Of a stretch of DNA of 64,000 bases, positions 33,173 to 44,932 are shown one piece after another. The notes under the pieces were generated by a model. It did not search any database. It was not told where the DNA came from and was given only the letters and a program-made list of their open reading frames with translations. Both the position numbers and the translations under genes were made by a program. Positions within the stretch are counted from its first letter, which is position 1; each line of letters starts with the position of its first letter. Origin of the DNA: Alphaproteobacteria bacterium (lineage in GTDB: Bacteria > Pseudomonadota > Alphaproteobacteria > GM7ARS4 > G965262615); contig OZ253545.1 of assembly GCA_965262615.1 (NCBI GenBank), forward strand, positions 416,001 through 480,000, written 5' to 3'.

Positions 33173-33668
33173 AGACGGGAAGATCATGGAACGATAGTTG
33201 AGGGGTTGCTTGAATGACATTCTGGTCGGTGATGCGTCCTTCTTGCATGCCGATGCGGGGTTTGTTTTCACCCATTTGCGGCTGTCCATTGGATATTTTT
33301 TGCAGAGCGTGGGCGACCTCTTGGTGTAACAATTCATCATAACGCAGGCTGTAGGAGCGAGGCTGGGTGTGACCGACACGCTCATCCATGTCGGTGATCC
33401 ACAAATAGACCGCGCCATCGTCTCCCGTGATGGAATTGGGCTCTTGAATTTCCGCCGCCACCAGACGAAAACGCGGCGGCAATGCGTCCGGCACGGGCCA
33501 GCCGCGCACCGCGAGTTGCGTCTCATAGTGAATGCCGTAAAACAGTGACAACAGAGCAATCAATGATGCTTTTTTCATCGCCGACCAATCGCTCTCCAGC
33601 AGCAAAAACAAAACAATTGCCGCCATGATGAGATAGCTGGTGATGAGTCCAAAAAACGAGAGTGTCAT
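33153..33668 (-). CDS. Hypothetical protein, 2 TM helices plus soluble domain
   Basis: Two N-terminal hydrophobic helices, then GWP, EP, YLW, PRSY motifs; ATGA overlap with upstream gene. Confidence 0.75.
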   Translation of the reverse strand: MTLSFFGLITSYLIMAAIVLFLLLESDWSAMKKASLIALLSLFYGIHYETQLAVRGWPVPDALPPRFRLVAAEIQEPNSITGDDGAVYLWITDMDERVGHTQPRSYSLRYDELLHQEVAHALQKISNGQPQMGENKPRIGMQEGRITDQNVIQATPQLSFHDLPVYVLPEK

Positions 33669-34273
33669 GATGGCAAATCCGGAGCGTACGAGACCAGTTG
33701 TTTTTCAAGAAAGTTCAAGTCCAACATAGCACCATTTCCACTGAGGGTGAAACGAAAAGCTGTTTTTTCTGCTCCTGTGCGCTCAAGGGTGACGGTGTCA
33801 TAATGGAGCACCTGAAGGGCGGGATTGACTCGTTCCAGCTTGACGGTCACCTCCACGGGCTCTTTGGTCTCCGACATGTAATAGTGGACATTGACCACAT
33901 ACTCGCCAGGCACAACGCCTCGCAGGGTGACGATTTCTTGATTGAGTTCATTGATGATGGTGGTTTCATTGTGTGTGGTGGCATCAAAGAGTTTTCCGCG
34001 ATCGTCACGGTCAAGATGGAGCAATCCGCCTTCTTTGTTGCGATACCAGATGAGGTCTCCTTGGGGCCCTTGCACCCACAGGTCAATATCGTCGGGGCTA
34101 CCGTCTTGCCAGGTGACCGAGATGATGTATTCGGCTTTGCGCTCCACATTGCCTCTGGTGACGATGGGATTCATGAAGATGACGGCGATAAAAAACAGGA
34201 AAGTGAATCCCATAAGGGCATTGAAAAGCAAATCGGTAAAGGGATCGCTGCGAATACGACGATGAGCGCGCAT
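33665..34273 (-). CDS. Single-TM protein with TM aspartate and YfaP/DUF2135-like domain
   Basis: DPFTDLLFNALMGFTFLFFIAVIFMNP, then VTW...DIDLWV.GP, LDRDD, PGEYVVNVHYY. Confidence 0.75.
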   Translation of the reverse strand: MRAHRRIRSDPFTDLLFNALMGFTFLFFIAVIFMNPIVTRGNVERKAEYIISVTWQDGSPDDIDLWVQGPQGDLIWYRNKEGGLLHLDRDDRGKLFDATTHNETTIINELNQEIVTLRGVVPGEYVVNVHYYMSETKEPVEVTVKLERVNPALQVLHYDTVTLERTGAEKTAFRFTLSGNGAMLDLNFLEKQLVSYAPDLPS

Positions 34274-34275
34274 GG

Positions 34276-34815
34276 CTATGACGAGGGTTGCGTGGCGATG
34301 AAATGATGGGTGATGCTTTCAAGAATGTAGTATTGTGCGCTTAAGAAGATGGCGGCGAGCAATCCGGTGAGGGTGGTATAGAGGGCGATGCCCATGCCTG
34401 CGCCCATGTCGGTCATGAGTTTTTGGGCGATTTCAATGTCAAGGCGCGTGATGGAAGCAAGGGATGACAGCATGAAGATAAAGCCCACAACCGTGCCCAG
34501 CAGTCCCAATTTGACGAGCACATCAACGATGAACCAGCCGAGTTCATAATGGTCATGAAGGTCGGTGTTGCTGTAGGGAAGTTGCAGGCGGTGATGATGA
34601 ATGGCGCGCGCCATCGTATAAATATGAAAGCCGCAATGCACCGTCATGGCGGTAAAAAGAATCATGATGACCACAGAAATATGACTGCGGTCGGCAATGA
34701 GCAGTGTGGTGAGCCATCCCTCGCGCCAGCAAATCCACAGGGCAAACACGGTGAATCCCAGCAAGCTCATCCAGAGGAGAAAGGGATGATAGTTAGGGCG
34801 CGCGATGGTTTTCAT
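34276..34815 (-). CDS. MotA/TolQ/ExbB proton-channel family protein (short form)
   Basis: LGLLGTVVG and GMGIALYTTLTGL helices; two N-terminal TM segments. Confidence 0.85.
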   Translation of the reverse strand: MKTIARPNYHPFLLWMSLLGFTVFALWICWREGWLTTLLIADRSHISVVIMILFTAMTVHCGFHIYTMARAIHHHRLQLPYSNTDLHDHYELGWFIVDVLVKLGLLGTVVGFIFMLSSLASITRLDIEIAQKLMTDMGAGMGIALYTTLTGLLAAIFLSAQYYILESITHHFIATQPSS

Positions 34816-35776
34816 GAGTCATAGTCCAAAGAGCCAGAGTGAAGGCGGCAACACCGCCCGCTTGATGAATGATAGCCAAAGAAGGCATGGCAGACAACAG
34901 CACGGTGGCAACGCCCAGGCTCCATTGCAGGGTCACAATGATTGCCGTCGTGACCACAAGGGGATGGCGCAGTTTCCACACGCCATACCAAGCCCACAGG
35001 AGGGTGACGGTGGCAATCATGCGATGGAGCCACTGCCATAGGACGGGGTTTTCTTTGAGATTGAGCCACAGTGGTGTGAGGGCAAAGGCATCATGAGGAA
35101 GAAACGCGCCGTTCATGAGGGGAAAGGTGTTGTAGATGGTGCCGCCGTGCAGTCCAGCGACAAAGCTGCCTGCCACCATGGTGATGAACACCAGCAATGT
35201 CAATGTGATGAGGACAGCTGGCGGTCTGGTGCAGGGGCGCGCGGTCAGCAGCAACAACGATAAAATGGTCAACGCCAATGAGAAATGCAAAGCCAGACGC
35301 AGATGACTCACTTGAGGTTCATGGATGAGCCCGCTTTGCACCATCCACCATCCCACCCACGCTTGCAGCGCGCCCAACGCAAGAGTGCAAGACAGCAACA
35401 CATATTCTCGCTTTGTGAGCATGTTTTTGGTGAGGAAAAATAAAAAGGGCACTAAAAAAACAATCCCCAAAAGGCGTCCCCACATGCGATGACCGTATTC
35501 AACGAGATAAATCAACTGAAATTCGGCAAGGCTCATGGAGCGATTGACCAACTGATATTCGGGGTATTGTTGGTAGATGGCGAATGCGTCAAGCCACTGG
35601 GCGTGAGAGAGTGGCGGCAGGATTCCCGTGATGGGATGCCAGCTGGTCATGGAGAGTCCCGAGCCCGATAGGCGCGTGATGCCGCCGATGAGAATCATCA
35701 GCACCACCATGCCGGCACACACATAGAGCCAGTGGCGCATCGAGCGCGAGATGGGGGAGGCGGTGAAAAATGTCAT
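34793..35776 (-). CDS. ctaA: Heme A synthase (COX15/CtaA)
   Basis: IGGITRLSGSGLS, EYGHRMWGR, GWWMVQSGL, RLALH, YNTFPLM, HR, HQ; start moved to MTFFT. Confidence 0.94.
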   Translation of the reverse strand: MTFFTASPISRSMRHWLYVCAGMVVLMILIGGITRLSGSGLSMTSWHPITGILPPLSHAQWLDAFAIYQQYPEYQLVNRSMSLAEFQLIYLVEYGHRMWGRLLGIVFLVPFLFFLTKNMLTKREYVLLSCTLALGALQAWVGWWMVQSGLIHEPQVSHLRLALHFSLALTILSLLLLTARPCTRPPAVLITLTLLVFITMVAGSFVAGLHGGTIYNTFPLMNGAFLPHDAFALTPLWLNLKENPVLWQWLHRMIATVTLLWAWYGVWKLRHPLVVTTAIIVTLQWSLGVATVLLSAMPSLAIIHQAGGVAAFTLALWTMTHENHRAP

Positions 35777-35902
35777 AACAACAATTATGCTCTTTTGGAC
35801 GATGTTTTGGCAAGACTCACAAATAACATTATTTTGTTGTGAATATATCTTTTTACACATTTTTCCATTGACAATAGAAGCACATTTTTTTAGATTGGCG
35901 CG

Positions 35903-36637
35903 ATGGCTCATTCTGCTTCCAATGACGCACTTGCGGCGCGTGCGCGTGATCTCAAAACTCGCTATGGCTCTTTGCAGGGAGAGGCATTGTTGCGTCCGTT
36001 GATTGAGAAGGAACTGCATGGACGGGTGGCTTTGACTTCCTCGTTTGGAGCGGAATCGGCGGTGTTGCTTCATATGGTGGCGCGCATTGATCAGAATGTG
36101 CCGATTATTTTTCTGGACACGGGAAAATTATTTGAAGAGACTTACAACTATGTCTCGTTATTGGCGGGTCATTTGGGTTTGACGGCGTTGCGGATTATTC
36201 GTCCGGACAATGAGGATTTGACTCGTGAGGATGCTCAAGGAGACTTATGGAATAGAGATCCCAATCGCTGCTGTCATATTCGCAAAGTGTTGCCCCTTGA
36301 GCGACTGTTTGCGAGTGGTGCGTATGATGCGTGGATTACAGGACGCAAACGCTATCACGGTGATATGCGTTTGCATCTGGAGACCATTGAGTATGTGGAG
36401 GGAAAGATTAAAATCAATCCACTGGTGCATTGGGGAGGTGAGGATATTCGGGCGGCATTTTTGCAATATGGTTTGCCGTTGCATCCGTTGGTGGGTCAGG
36501 GATACCCGTCTATTGGCTGTCATCACTGCACCCATAAGGTGGAAGAGGGTGATGACCCTCGTTCGGGACGATGGAAGGGATTGGAGAAAACCGAGTGCGG
36601 CATTCATCGCGCGTCATGGGCAAAGAAGGCATCATGA
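35903..36637 (+). CDS. cysH: Adenylyl-sulfate/phosphoadenylyl-sulfate reductase (4Fe-4S, APS-reductase type motifs)
   Basis: SSFGAES, LDTG, RCCHIRK, SIGCHHCT, RSGRW, ECGIH. Confidence 0.94.
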   Translation: MAHSASNDALAARARDLKTRYGSLQGEALLRPLIEKELHGRVALTSSFGAESAVLLHMVARIDQNVPIIFLDTGKLFEETYNYVSLLAGHLGLTALRIIRPDNEDLTREDAQGDLWNRDPNRCCHIRKVLPLERLFASGAYDAWITGRKRYHGDMRLHLETIEYVEGKIKINPLVHWGGEDIRAAFLQYGLPLHPLVGQGYPSIGCHHCTHKVEEGDDPRSGRWKGLEKTECGIHRASWAKKAS

Positions 36638-37428
36638 ATCATTTAGAGCGACTGGAGCAAGAGAGCATATTCATTTTGCGGGAGGCGTATCATGCCTTTG
36701 ACAAGATGGCGATGTTGTGGTCACTGGGCAAGGATTCCAATGTGATGCTTTGGCTTGCGCGCAAAGCTTTTTTTGGCACGATTCCATTTCCCGTGGTGCA
36801 TGTGGATACCGGCAAGAAGTTCAAGGAGATGTATGCGTTTCGCGATCGCTACGCTGATGAGTGGCGGTTGGATTTGATTGTGCGGGATTGTCCCGATGTA
36901 TTGGCGGCGGATCGTCATCTGCCGCCTGCGGCAAAATCGGCGGCGCGCAAGACGGCAGGATTGCGAGCGGCACTGCAGGAATTTCAGTGGGATGCGGTGA
37001 TTGCGGGTATTCGGCGCGATGAACAAGGCACGCGCGCTAAGGAACGGTTTTTCTCGCCACGCCAAAAGGATGGCTCGTGGGATGTGCGTCATCAGCCACC
37101 GGAATTTTGGGACCACTATCATACGGAATTTCCCAGTGGCACACATGTGCGGGTGCATCCGTTGCTCAGTTGGCATGAGATTGATATCTGGCGTTATGTT
37201 GCCCAAGAGCACATTCCTGTGGTGCCGCTGTATTTTGCTCGTGACGGCAAACGCTACCGCTCACTGGGGGATGAGGATATCACAGAAGCGGTGGCGAGTG
37301 AGGCATCCACTCTGGAGGAGATTATTGCCGAATTGGAAGAGACGCGCGTGCCAGAGCGCGCGGGACGCAAGATGGATCACGAGCGCGAGGATTCTTTTGA
37401 GCGTCTGCGGGCGACAGGATATTTGTGA
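36634..37428 (+). CDS. cysD: Sulfate adenylyltransferase subunit 2
   Basis: [45 protein letters not shown]. Confidence 0.95.
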   Translation: MNHLERLEQESIFILREAYHAFDKMAMLWSLGKDSNVMLWLARKAFFGTIPFPVVHVDTGKKFKEMYAFRDRYADEWRLDLIVRDCPDVLAADRHLPPAAKSAARKTAGLRAALQEFQWDAVIAGIRRDEQGTRAKERFFSPRQKDGSWDVRHQPPEFWDHYHTEFPSGTHVRVHPLLSWHEIDIWRYVAQEHIPVVPLYFARDGKRYRSLGDEDITEAVASEASTLEEIIAELEETRVPERAGRKMDHEREDSFERLRATGYL

Positions 37429-39272
37429 TGACGGCAGCAGATATGGTGCGGGTGGTGATGGTGGGGCATGTGGATCATGGCAAATCGACTCTGTTGGGGC
37501 GACTGTTTTATGAGACCGATGCGCTTGCCGAAGGACGCTATGAAGCCATTCAAGAGATGTGCCGGCGGCGCGGCATGCCCTTTGAGTGGGCGTTTTTGAC
37601 CGATGCCTTGCAGGCAGAGCGCGATCAGGGCATCACCATTGACACCACACAGATTGCGTTCAAGACGCGTACGCGCCCCTACATGCTGATTGATGCGCCG
37701 GGGCATCTGGAGTTTTTACGCAACATGATCACGGGAGCCGCCACCAGCGATGCGGCTTTTTTGTTGATTGATGCCAAAGAGGGAATTCAGCAACAGACAC
37801 GCCGCCATGCGCGCCTTTTGGCAATGCTGGCGGTGGAGCAGTTTTTTGTGGTGATGAATAAAATGGACTTGGTCAATTTTGACCAAAAAATCTATCGGCA
37901 ATTAAAATCTGAGATGGAAGTGATTTTGCACGAACTGGGCATGACGGCGCGCGGCTTTATTCCAGTGTCGGCTCGTGAGGGTGATGGGGTGGCGGCGGCA
38001 TCAAAGCGTATGAGTTGGTATCAAGGCAAGAATTTGTTGACGGCACTGGATGATTTTGCGCCGCCGCGCGGCAAAGAAAAATTGCCGCTGCGTCTGATGG
38101 TTCAGGATATCTATAAGTTTGACGAACGGCGCATTATTGCAGGACGGGTTGAGCAAGGCACGGTTCGTGTGGGCGATGAGGTGTTGTTTTTGCCCAGTGG
38201 CTTGCAGGGCACGGTGCATCGTTTGGAGCAATGGTCGTCCGGCAAGACCGAGCCTTTGCAGCGGGTGCGTGCGGGCGGTTGTTTTGGCATGACGCTGCGG
38301 CAGCAGATTTTTGTGGAACGCGGGCATATTGGGTGTCACAAAAAAGACTCGCCCGCTCTGACTCATGAATTGACGGCGCGACTTTTTTGGCTGAGCAAAG
38401 AGCCGTTGCGGCAGGGGGCTTGTTATGATGCCGTGTTTGGAACGGCACGCCATCAAGTGGAGGTGCTGGATATTTATGATTACGATGAGACGGGACAGAA
38501 AGCATCATCGGCGGTGGCACAGCTGCCGACCCATGCCATTGCCGATGTGCGTCTGCGCAGCACGGGCTATGTGGTGTATGACCACGGGGCGCGCTTTATT
38601 GTGCGCGACGGCTATGAGATTGCGGGGGGCGGATTGGTTTTGGACGGCGTGTCATTGCCTCAGCAACATGGTGAAAAGAAGCATATTTTTGTGGCACACA
38701 CACGGGTGAAGGATGACGACCGTCACAAGCGCAATGGTCATAAGGGCGGCGTTTTCTGGCTGACGGGATTATCCGGTTCGGGCAAGAGCACCATTGCCAC
38801 CGAATTGGAGCGACAGTTGTTTGTGAAGGGATATCAGGTGTTCATGCTGGATGGGGACAATTTGCGCCATGGATTGAATGAAGATTTGGATTTTAGTGCG
38901 GCATCACGGCGAGAGAACATTCGCCGTGCCGGTGCGGTGGCGGCATTGATGGAGCAGGCGGGCATGGTGGTGCTGGCGGCATTCATCTCGCCCTATCGGG
39001 ATGATCGCATCACGGCGCGGCGGGCGGCACGGTCGTTTCATGAAATTTACATCAAAGCCTCGCTGGATACCTGTGAGGCGCGCGATCCCAAAGGACTCTA
39101 TCAAAAGGCGCGCGCGGGCGATATTACTGACTTTACCGGCATTTCCGCGCCCTATGAAGCACCTGAAAATCCCGAATGCATCGTGGACAGCGACCAATGG
39201 ACGGTGGAACAATCGGTGGGAGAATTGATGGCGTATATTGAAAAAAACCTTGATTCGGTGAGGCGGTCATGA
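37425..39272 (+). CDS. cysNC: Bifunctional sulfate adenylyltransferase subunit 1 / APS kinase
   Basis: [18 protein letters not shown] GTPase motifs; C-terminal [26 protein letters not shown]. Confidence 0.95.
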   Translation: MMTAADMVRVVMVGHVDHGKSTLLGRLFYETDALAEGRYEAIQEMCRRRGMPFEWAFLTDALQAERDQGITIDTTQIAFKTRTRPYMLIDAPGHLEFLRNMITGAATSDAAFLLIDAKEGIQQQTRRHARLLAMLAVEQFFVVMNKMDLVNFDQKIYRQLKSEMEVILHELGMTARGFIPVSAREGDGVAAASKRMSWYQGKNLLTALDDFAPPRGKEKLPLRLMVQDIYKFDERRIIAGRVEQGTVRVGDEVLFLPSGLQGTVHRLEQWSSGKTEPLQRVRAGGCFGMTLRQQIFVERGHIGCHKKDSPALTHELTARLFWLSKEPLRQGACYDAVFGTARHQVEVLDIYDYDETGQKASSAVAQLPTHAIADVRLRSTGYVVYDHGARFIVRDGYEIAGGGLVLDGVSLPQQHGEKKHIFVAHTRVKDDDRHKRNGHKGGVFWLTGLSGSGKSTIATELERQLFVKGYQVFMLDGDNLRHGLNEDLDFSAASRRENIRRAGAVAALMEQAGMVVLAAFISPYRDDRITARRAARSFHEIYIKASLDTCEARDPKGLYQKARAGDITDFTGISAPYEAPENPECIVDSDQWTVEQSVGELMAYIEKNLDSVRRS

Positions 39273-42200
39273 CGGCACAAAAAAACAAACAGCCCGTCCT
39301 CACATTGTCCTACGGTGTTGATTTTGCCGACCTCTACCAGCAAGAAGGGTTGCAAAAGATTGATGACATTTTTATGGGGGAACTAGAGACAAAGGATGCC
39401 GCTTTGGCATCATCTTTGCGTGGCGCGCGAGCAACGCCTGCCGACTATGAAGGCAAGGAGGGCGCCGAATTATTGTTGGCGGTGGCGGCGCATCTGGATG
39501 ATTTTGTGGCGCGCCTGTTTGCCATTGAAAAAGAGACGGCATCCCTTGCCCATCACCATGCTTCTCATGACGATTTATACACGGTGCGGCGATTGTTCAT
39601 TCAAAAGCAGGCGGTGCGGCGGCATCGTCATGACGAGGTGAAAGACTGGGATGGGGATGTTTTGGCGCGCACCCTCAATGGCTGGATGAAGCAATCGGGG
39701 GCACATGTGGATGAGACTGTTTATGCCCATCATGTTCTGCGATGGCTTGGGGATGAATCTCGCTACGAGGAGGCTCTTGATGCGGCGCGCCGCTATGGCG
39801 CGTGGGCGAGTTTGACGGCGGCGGGACGGCGGCGGCATGAGGGAGATGTGGTTTTTGTGGTGCCGTCACCTGTGGATGCCATGCACAGAGTGGCTTTGTT
39901 GCCTCTGCCCGATGCTCATGGCGCACAAGGGTACGAAAATTCTCATTTACGCTCACGCTTGGGATTTTCTTTGACCGATCAAGGCTATGACACCCGTCAG
40001 GCACTGGCGGAGGTGTCTTATTGCATTTTGTGTCACCATCAGGGCAAGGATTCGTGTTCTAAGGGCTTGGCTGCCAAAAAAGATGAGGAGGGACTCTTTC
40101 ATCGCAATGTTTTTGGCGAAGAGTTGGCGGGGTGTCCTCTTGAGGAGAAAATATCCGAGATGCATGAGGCAAAAAAGAATGCGTTGTCCATCGGGGCATT
40201 GGCGATTGCGTGTGTTGATAATCCCATGCTGGCGGGAACGGGGCATCGCATTTGCAATGACTGCATGAAGGCGTGCATTTATCAAAAACAGGATGCGGTG
40301 GATATTCCTCAGGTGGAATCGCGCGTTCTCAAGGATGTGTTGTCTCTGCCGTGGGGCTTTGAGATTTATTCGCTGCTGACTCGTTGGAATCCTCTCAATT
40401 ATGCTCGTCCTGTGCCTCGCCGTGCCAGTGGTTATAAGGTTTTGGTGGTGGGACTGGGTCCTGCGGGCTACACGCTGGCACACCACCTGATGAATGACGG
40501 ACACGATGTGGTGGCGGTGGATGGTCTTAAGATTGAACCGTTGCCCTCTCATTTGAACGGGGTTTGTCATGATGGTACGCGCGTCGCCTTTGAACCCATC
40601 CATGATGTGTCCGCATGGCAAGAAGACCTAGATGAGCGGGTGAGTGCGGGCTTTGGCGGCGTTGCCGAATATGGCATCACTTCTCGTTGGGATAAGAATT
40701 TTTTGCTGGTTTTGCGTTTGTTGCTGGAGCGGCGCGCCTCGTGTGCCATTTATGGCGGTGTTTTGTTTGGCGGCACACTGACTTTTGCGGATGCCTTTGC
40801 TATGGGGTTTGACCACATTGCCTTGTGCATGGGAGCGGGACGACCCACCGTGCTGGATTTGCCCAATGGTTTGGCGCGCGGGGTGCGTCAGGCATCGGAC
40901 TTTTTGATGGCACTGCAATTGACGGGCGCGGCGCGCAAAGACAGTGTTTCCAATTTGCAATTGCGCCTGCCTGCGGTGGTCATCGGCGGCGGACTGACCG
41001 CCATTGACACGGCGACAGAGGCTTTGGCGTATTATGTGCGTCAATGTTTGAAGTGGCTGCATCGCTATGAGTCATTGGGAGAAAAAGCTCTCGCAAACAT
41101 TTGGGATGAGGAAGAGCGCGCCATCGCCGATGAATGGCTCGCTCACGGGCGCGCTCTGCAAGACGAAATCACCGCCGCACAAAAAGAAGGGCGCGCGCCT
41201 CATTTCACTCCTTTGTTGCGCTCATGGGGTGGTGTCACCATTGCCTATCGTCGGCGCATGGTGGATTCTCCCGCCTATCGCCTGAATCCCGAAGAGGTGG
41301 ATCTCGCCATGGAGGAAGGCATTTCCTTTATGGAATTGGTGTCACCACAGCACATTGAACTGGATGAGTGGGGGCATGCGGCTCGCCTTGATTTAGAAAA
41401 ACAGCGGCTGGATGACAATCACCGTATTCACGGCAGTGGCGAGACAATATCCATTGCCGCCCGCGCCATTCTTGTGGCTGCGGGAACAAAGCCCAACACG
41501 GTGCTTGCCCGTGACACAGACAATGGATTGCAGATGGATGGCAATTATTTTCAATTGCTGGATGATGATGGCAAAGCCAAGAAGGTCACATGGTCTGTCA
41601 AGACTATCGGGGGCGAATACGGCTTTTTGACCTCTCTCAGAGATGATGGGCGCGGGGTGAGTTTTTTCGGTGATTTGCATCCCTCCTTTGCGGGCAATGT
41701 GGTCAAAGCGATGGCATCGGCAAAGCATGGGTATCCTGTGATTGATGGGGTGCTGCGCCGCCGTGCCCCTTGCGGCGATGACTTTGCTCAGCTGCGTCAT
41801 CATTTGGATGACTCTTTGCGGGCGCGTGTGACGCAAGTCAATCGTCTTGCGCCTGCCATTGTGGAGATTGTGGTGCGTGCGCCTCTGGCGGCGCGGCATT
41901 TTCGTCCTGGTCAATTTTATCGGTTGCAGAATTTTGAGTCGTCATTGCATAGCGTCGGTGGCACGCGTCTTGGAATGGAGGCTTTGGCATTAACGGGGGC
42001 ATCGGTGGATTTGCAACAAGGCACTCTTTCCACCATTGTGCTGGAGATGGGCGGCTCATCGGACTTGTGCCGCTCTCTCAAAGCGGGGGATGATGTGGTT
42101 TTGATGGGACCCACCGGCACCCCCACAGAAATTCCTCACGATGAGACTGTGCTGCTGGTGGGGGGCGGATTGGGCAATGCGGTGTTGTTTTCCATTGCCG

Positions 42201-42781
42201 AGGCTTTGCGCGCTCACAATTGTCGTGTGCTTTATTTTGCCGGCTATCGCACCCATGACAGCCGCTACAAAGAGGAACAGATTTTGAAATCGTCCGATGT
42301 GGTGGTCTGGTGCTGTGATGAAGGTGTTTTTTCCACCACGCGCGCTCAAGATAAAAGTTTTCACGGCAATGTTGTGGAAGCCATGATTGCCTATGGCAGT
42401 GGTGATTTGGGCACTGTGACCATTGAGCTCAAGGATGTCACCCGCATGGTTGTGATTGGCTCTGATGCCATGATGGCGGCGGTGGCGTTGGCGCGTCATA
42501 ACGAATTGCGTCCTTTTTTGCGCTGTGACCATCTTGCCATCGGCAGCATCAATTCGCCCATGCAGTGCATGATGAAAGAGATTTGTGCCCAATGTTTGCA
42601 GCGGCATGTGGATCCCGTTAGCGGGGAAGAGCGGGTTGTTTTTTCGTGTTTCAATCAGGATCAGCCTTTGGATCGGGTGGATTTTTCTTGTTTGGCGGCG
42701 CGTTTGCGGCAAAATTCGGTGCAAGAAAAGCTCACCGCTCAATGGTTGGCACGGCAGACGGCTCTTGACATGCACGATTGA
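39269..42781 (+). CDS. Large Fe-S flavoprotein: GltD/NfnL-like module fused to a PyrK/NfnS-like FAD/NAD-2Fe2S module
   Basis: CILCH...[14 protein letters not shown]; VVGLGPAG; [10 protein letters not shown]; [27 protein letters not shown]...C. Confidence 0.85.
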   Translation: MTAQKNKQPVLTLSYGVDFADLYQQEGLQKIDDIFMGELETKDAALASSLRGARATPADYEGKEGAELLLAVAAHLDDFVARLFAIEKETASLAHHHASHDDLYTVRRLFIQKQAVRRHRHDEVKDWDGDVLARTLNGWMKQSGAHVDETVYAHHVLRWLGDESRYEEALDAARRYGAWASLTAAGRRRHEGDVVFVVPSPVDAMHRVALLPLPDAHGAQGYENSHLRSRLGFSLTDQGYDTRQALAEVSYCILCHHQGKDSCSKGLAAKKDEEGLFHRNVFGEELAGCPLEEKISEMHEAKKNALSIGALAIACVDNPMLAGTGHRICNDCMKACIYQKQDAVDIPQVESRVLKDVLSLPWGFEIYSLLTRWNPLNYARPVPRRASGYKVLVVGLGPAGYTLAHHLMNDGHDVVAVDGLKIEPLPSHLNGVCHDGTRVAFEPIHDVSAWQEDLDERVSAGFGGVAEYGITSRWDKNFLLVLRLLLERRASCAIYGGVLFGGTLTFADAFAMGFDHIALCMGAGRPTVLDLPNGLARGVRQASDFLMALQLTGAARKDSVSNLQLRLPAVVIGGGLTAIDTATEALAYYVRQCLKWLHRYESLGEKALANIWDEEERAIADEWLAHGRALQDEITAAQKEGRAPHFTPLLRSWGGVTIAYRRRMVDSPAYRLNPEEVDLAMEEGISFMELVSPQHIELDEWGHAARLDLEKQRLDDNHRIHGSGETISIAARAILVAAGTKPNTVLARDTDNGLQMDGNYFQLLDDDGKAKKVTWSVKTIGGEYGFLTSLRDDGRGVSFFGDLHPSFAGNVVKAMASAKHGYPVIDGVLRRRAPCGDDFAQLRHHLDDSLRARVTQVNRLAPAIVEIVVRAPLAARHFRPGQFYRLQNFESSLHSVGGTRLGMEALALTGASVDLQQGTLSTIVLEMGGSSDLCRSLKAGDDVVLMGPTGTPTEIPHDETVLLVGGGLGNAVLFSIAEALRAHNCRVLYFAGYRTHDSRYKEEQILKSSDVVVWCCDEGVFSTTRAQDKSFHGNVVEAMIAYGSGDLGTVTIELKDVTRMVVIGSDAMMAAVALARHNELRPFLRCDHLAIGSINSPMQCMMKEICAQCLQRHVDPVSGEERVVFSCFNQDQPLDRVDFSCLAARLRQNSVQEKLTAQWLARQTALDMHD

Positions 42782-42793
42782 GCAGACTACATA
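42764..42793 (+). promoter_or_regulatory. Candidate groESL promoter (RpoH/RpoD-like)
   Basis: CTTGACA, 17-nt spacer after TTGACA, then TACATA, just upstream of the CIRCE-like element. Confidence 0.55.
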
Positions 42794-42801
42794 GGGAAGT
42801 G

Positions 42802-42828
42802 TTAGCAGTCTCACCATGTGACTGCTAA
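42802..42828. promoter_or_regulatory. CIRCE-like element (HrcA operator), variant
   Basis: TTAGCAGTC-N9-GACTGCTAA perfect inverted repeat; consensus is TTAGCACTC-N9-GAGTGCTAA; upstream of groES. Confidence 0.88.
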
Positions 42829-42866
42829 TGTTGTGGCAATGTGAATGAATCAAGGAGACAGTAATC

Positions 42867-43160
42867 ATGAGTACACAATTCAAGCCGCTTCATGATCGGG
42901 TGCTGGTGCGCCGTCTTGAGGGCGAGGATAAATCTTCGGGCGGCATTATTATTCCCGACACGGCAAAGGAAAAACCCAGCGAAGGCGAGGTTGTCTCGGT
43001 GGGCGCGGGGGCGATCGCTGAGGATGGCAAGCGTCAGCGGATGGCGGTCAAAGCGGGGGATAAAATTCTCTTCGGCAAGTGGTCTGGCACGGAGGTCAAA
43101 CTCAATGGCGAAGATTTGCTCATCATGAAAGAATCCGATATTTTCGGAATCATCGGTTAA
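42867..43160 (+). CDS. groES: Co-chaperonin GroES
   Basis: [29 protein letters not shown]; GGAG RBS. Confidence 0.98.
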   Translation: MSTQFKPLHDRVLVRRLEGEDKSSGGIIIPDTAKEKPSEGEVVSVGAGAIAEDGKRQRMAVKAGDKILFGKWSGTEVKLNGEDLLIMKESDIFGIIG

Positions 43161-44812
<1,652 letters not shown>

Positions 44813-44813
<1 letters not shown>

Positions 44814-44847
44814 AGCCTTGAAGCCGTGAGAAGCCGTGAAGCCGTGA
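44813..44847. repeat. Short imperfect tandem repeat AAGCC(G/T)TGA, 4 copies
   Basis: aagccttga/aagccgtga/aagccgtga/aagccgtga at 44813, 44821, 44831, 44839. Confidence 0.75.
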
Positions 44848-44867
44848 GTCGTGCCGCAGCAATAAAT

Positions 44868-44920
44868 AAAACCTCTGGGGACACCTTGATTTTGGTTGAG
44901 GACGGTCTCCAGAGGTTTTT
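44868..44920. terminator. Long hairpin, likely (bidirectional) intrinsic terminator after groEL
   Basis: AAAACCTCTGGGGAC...GTCTCCAGAGGTTTTT inverted repeat with A-run and T-run flanks. Confidence 0.65.
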
Positions 44921-44932
44921 GAAATTATAGTG

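Noticed and set aside
33173-33559. N-terminal 129 aa of the 371 aa ORF, and similar ORF-track extensions on ctaA, rpe, pqqC and nuoG
   Set aside because: They overlap other real genes in a different frame or strand; starts were moved to downstream codons.
32444-34815. Zorya (ZorAB) assignment for the MotA-like module
   Set aside because: The A subunit lacks the long cytoplasmic tail, the B subunit lacks an OmpA-like domain, and no helicase or nuclease effector is adjacent.
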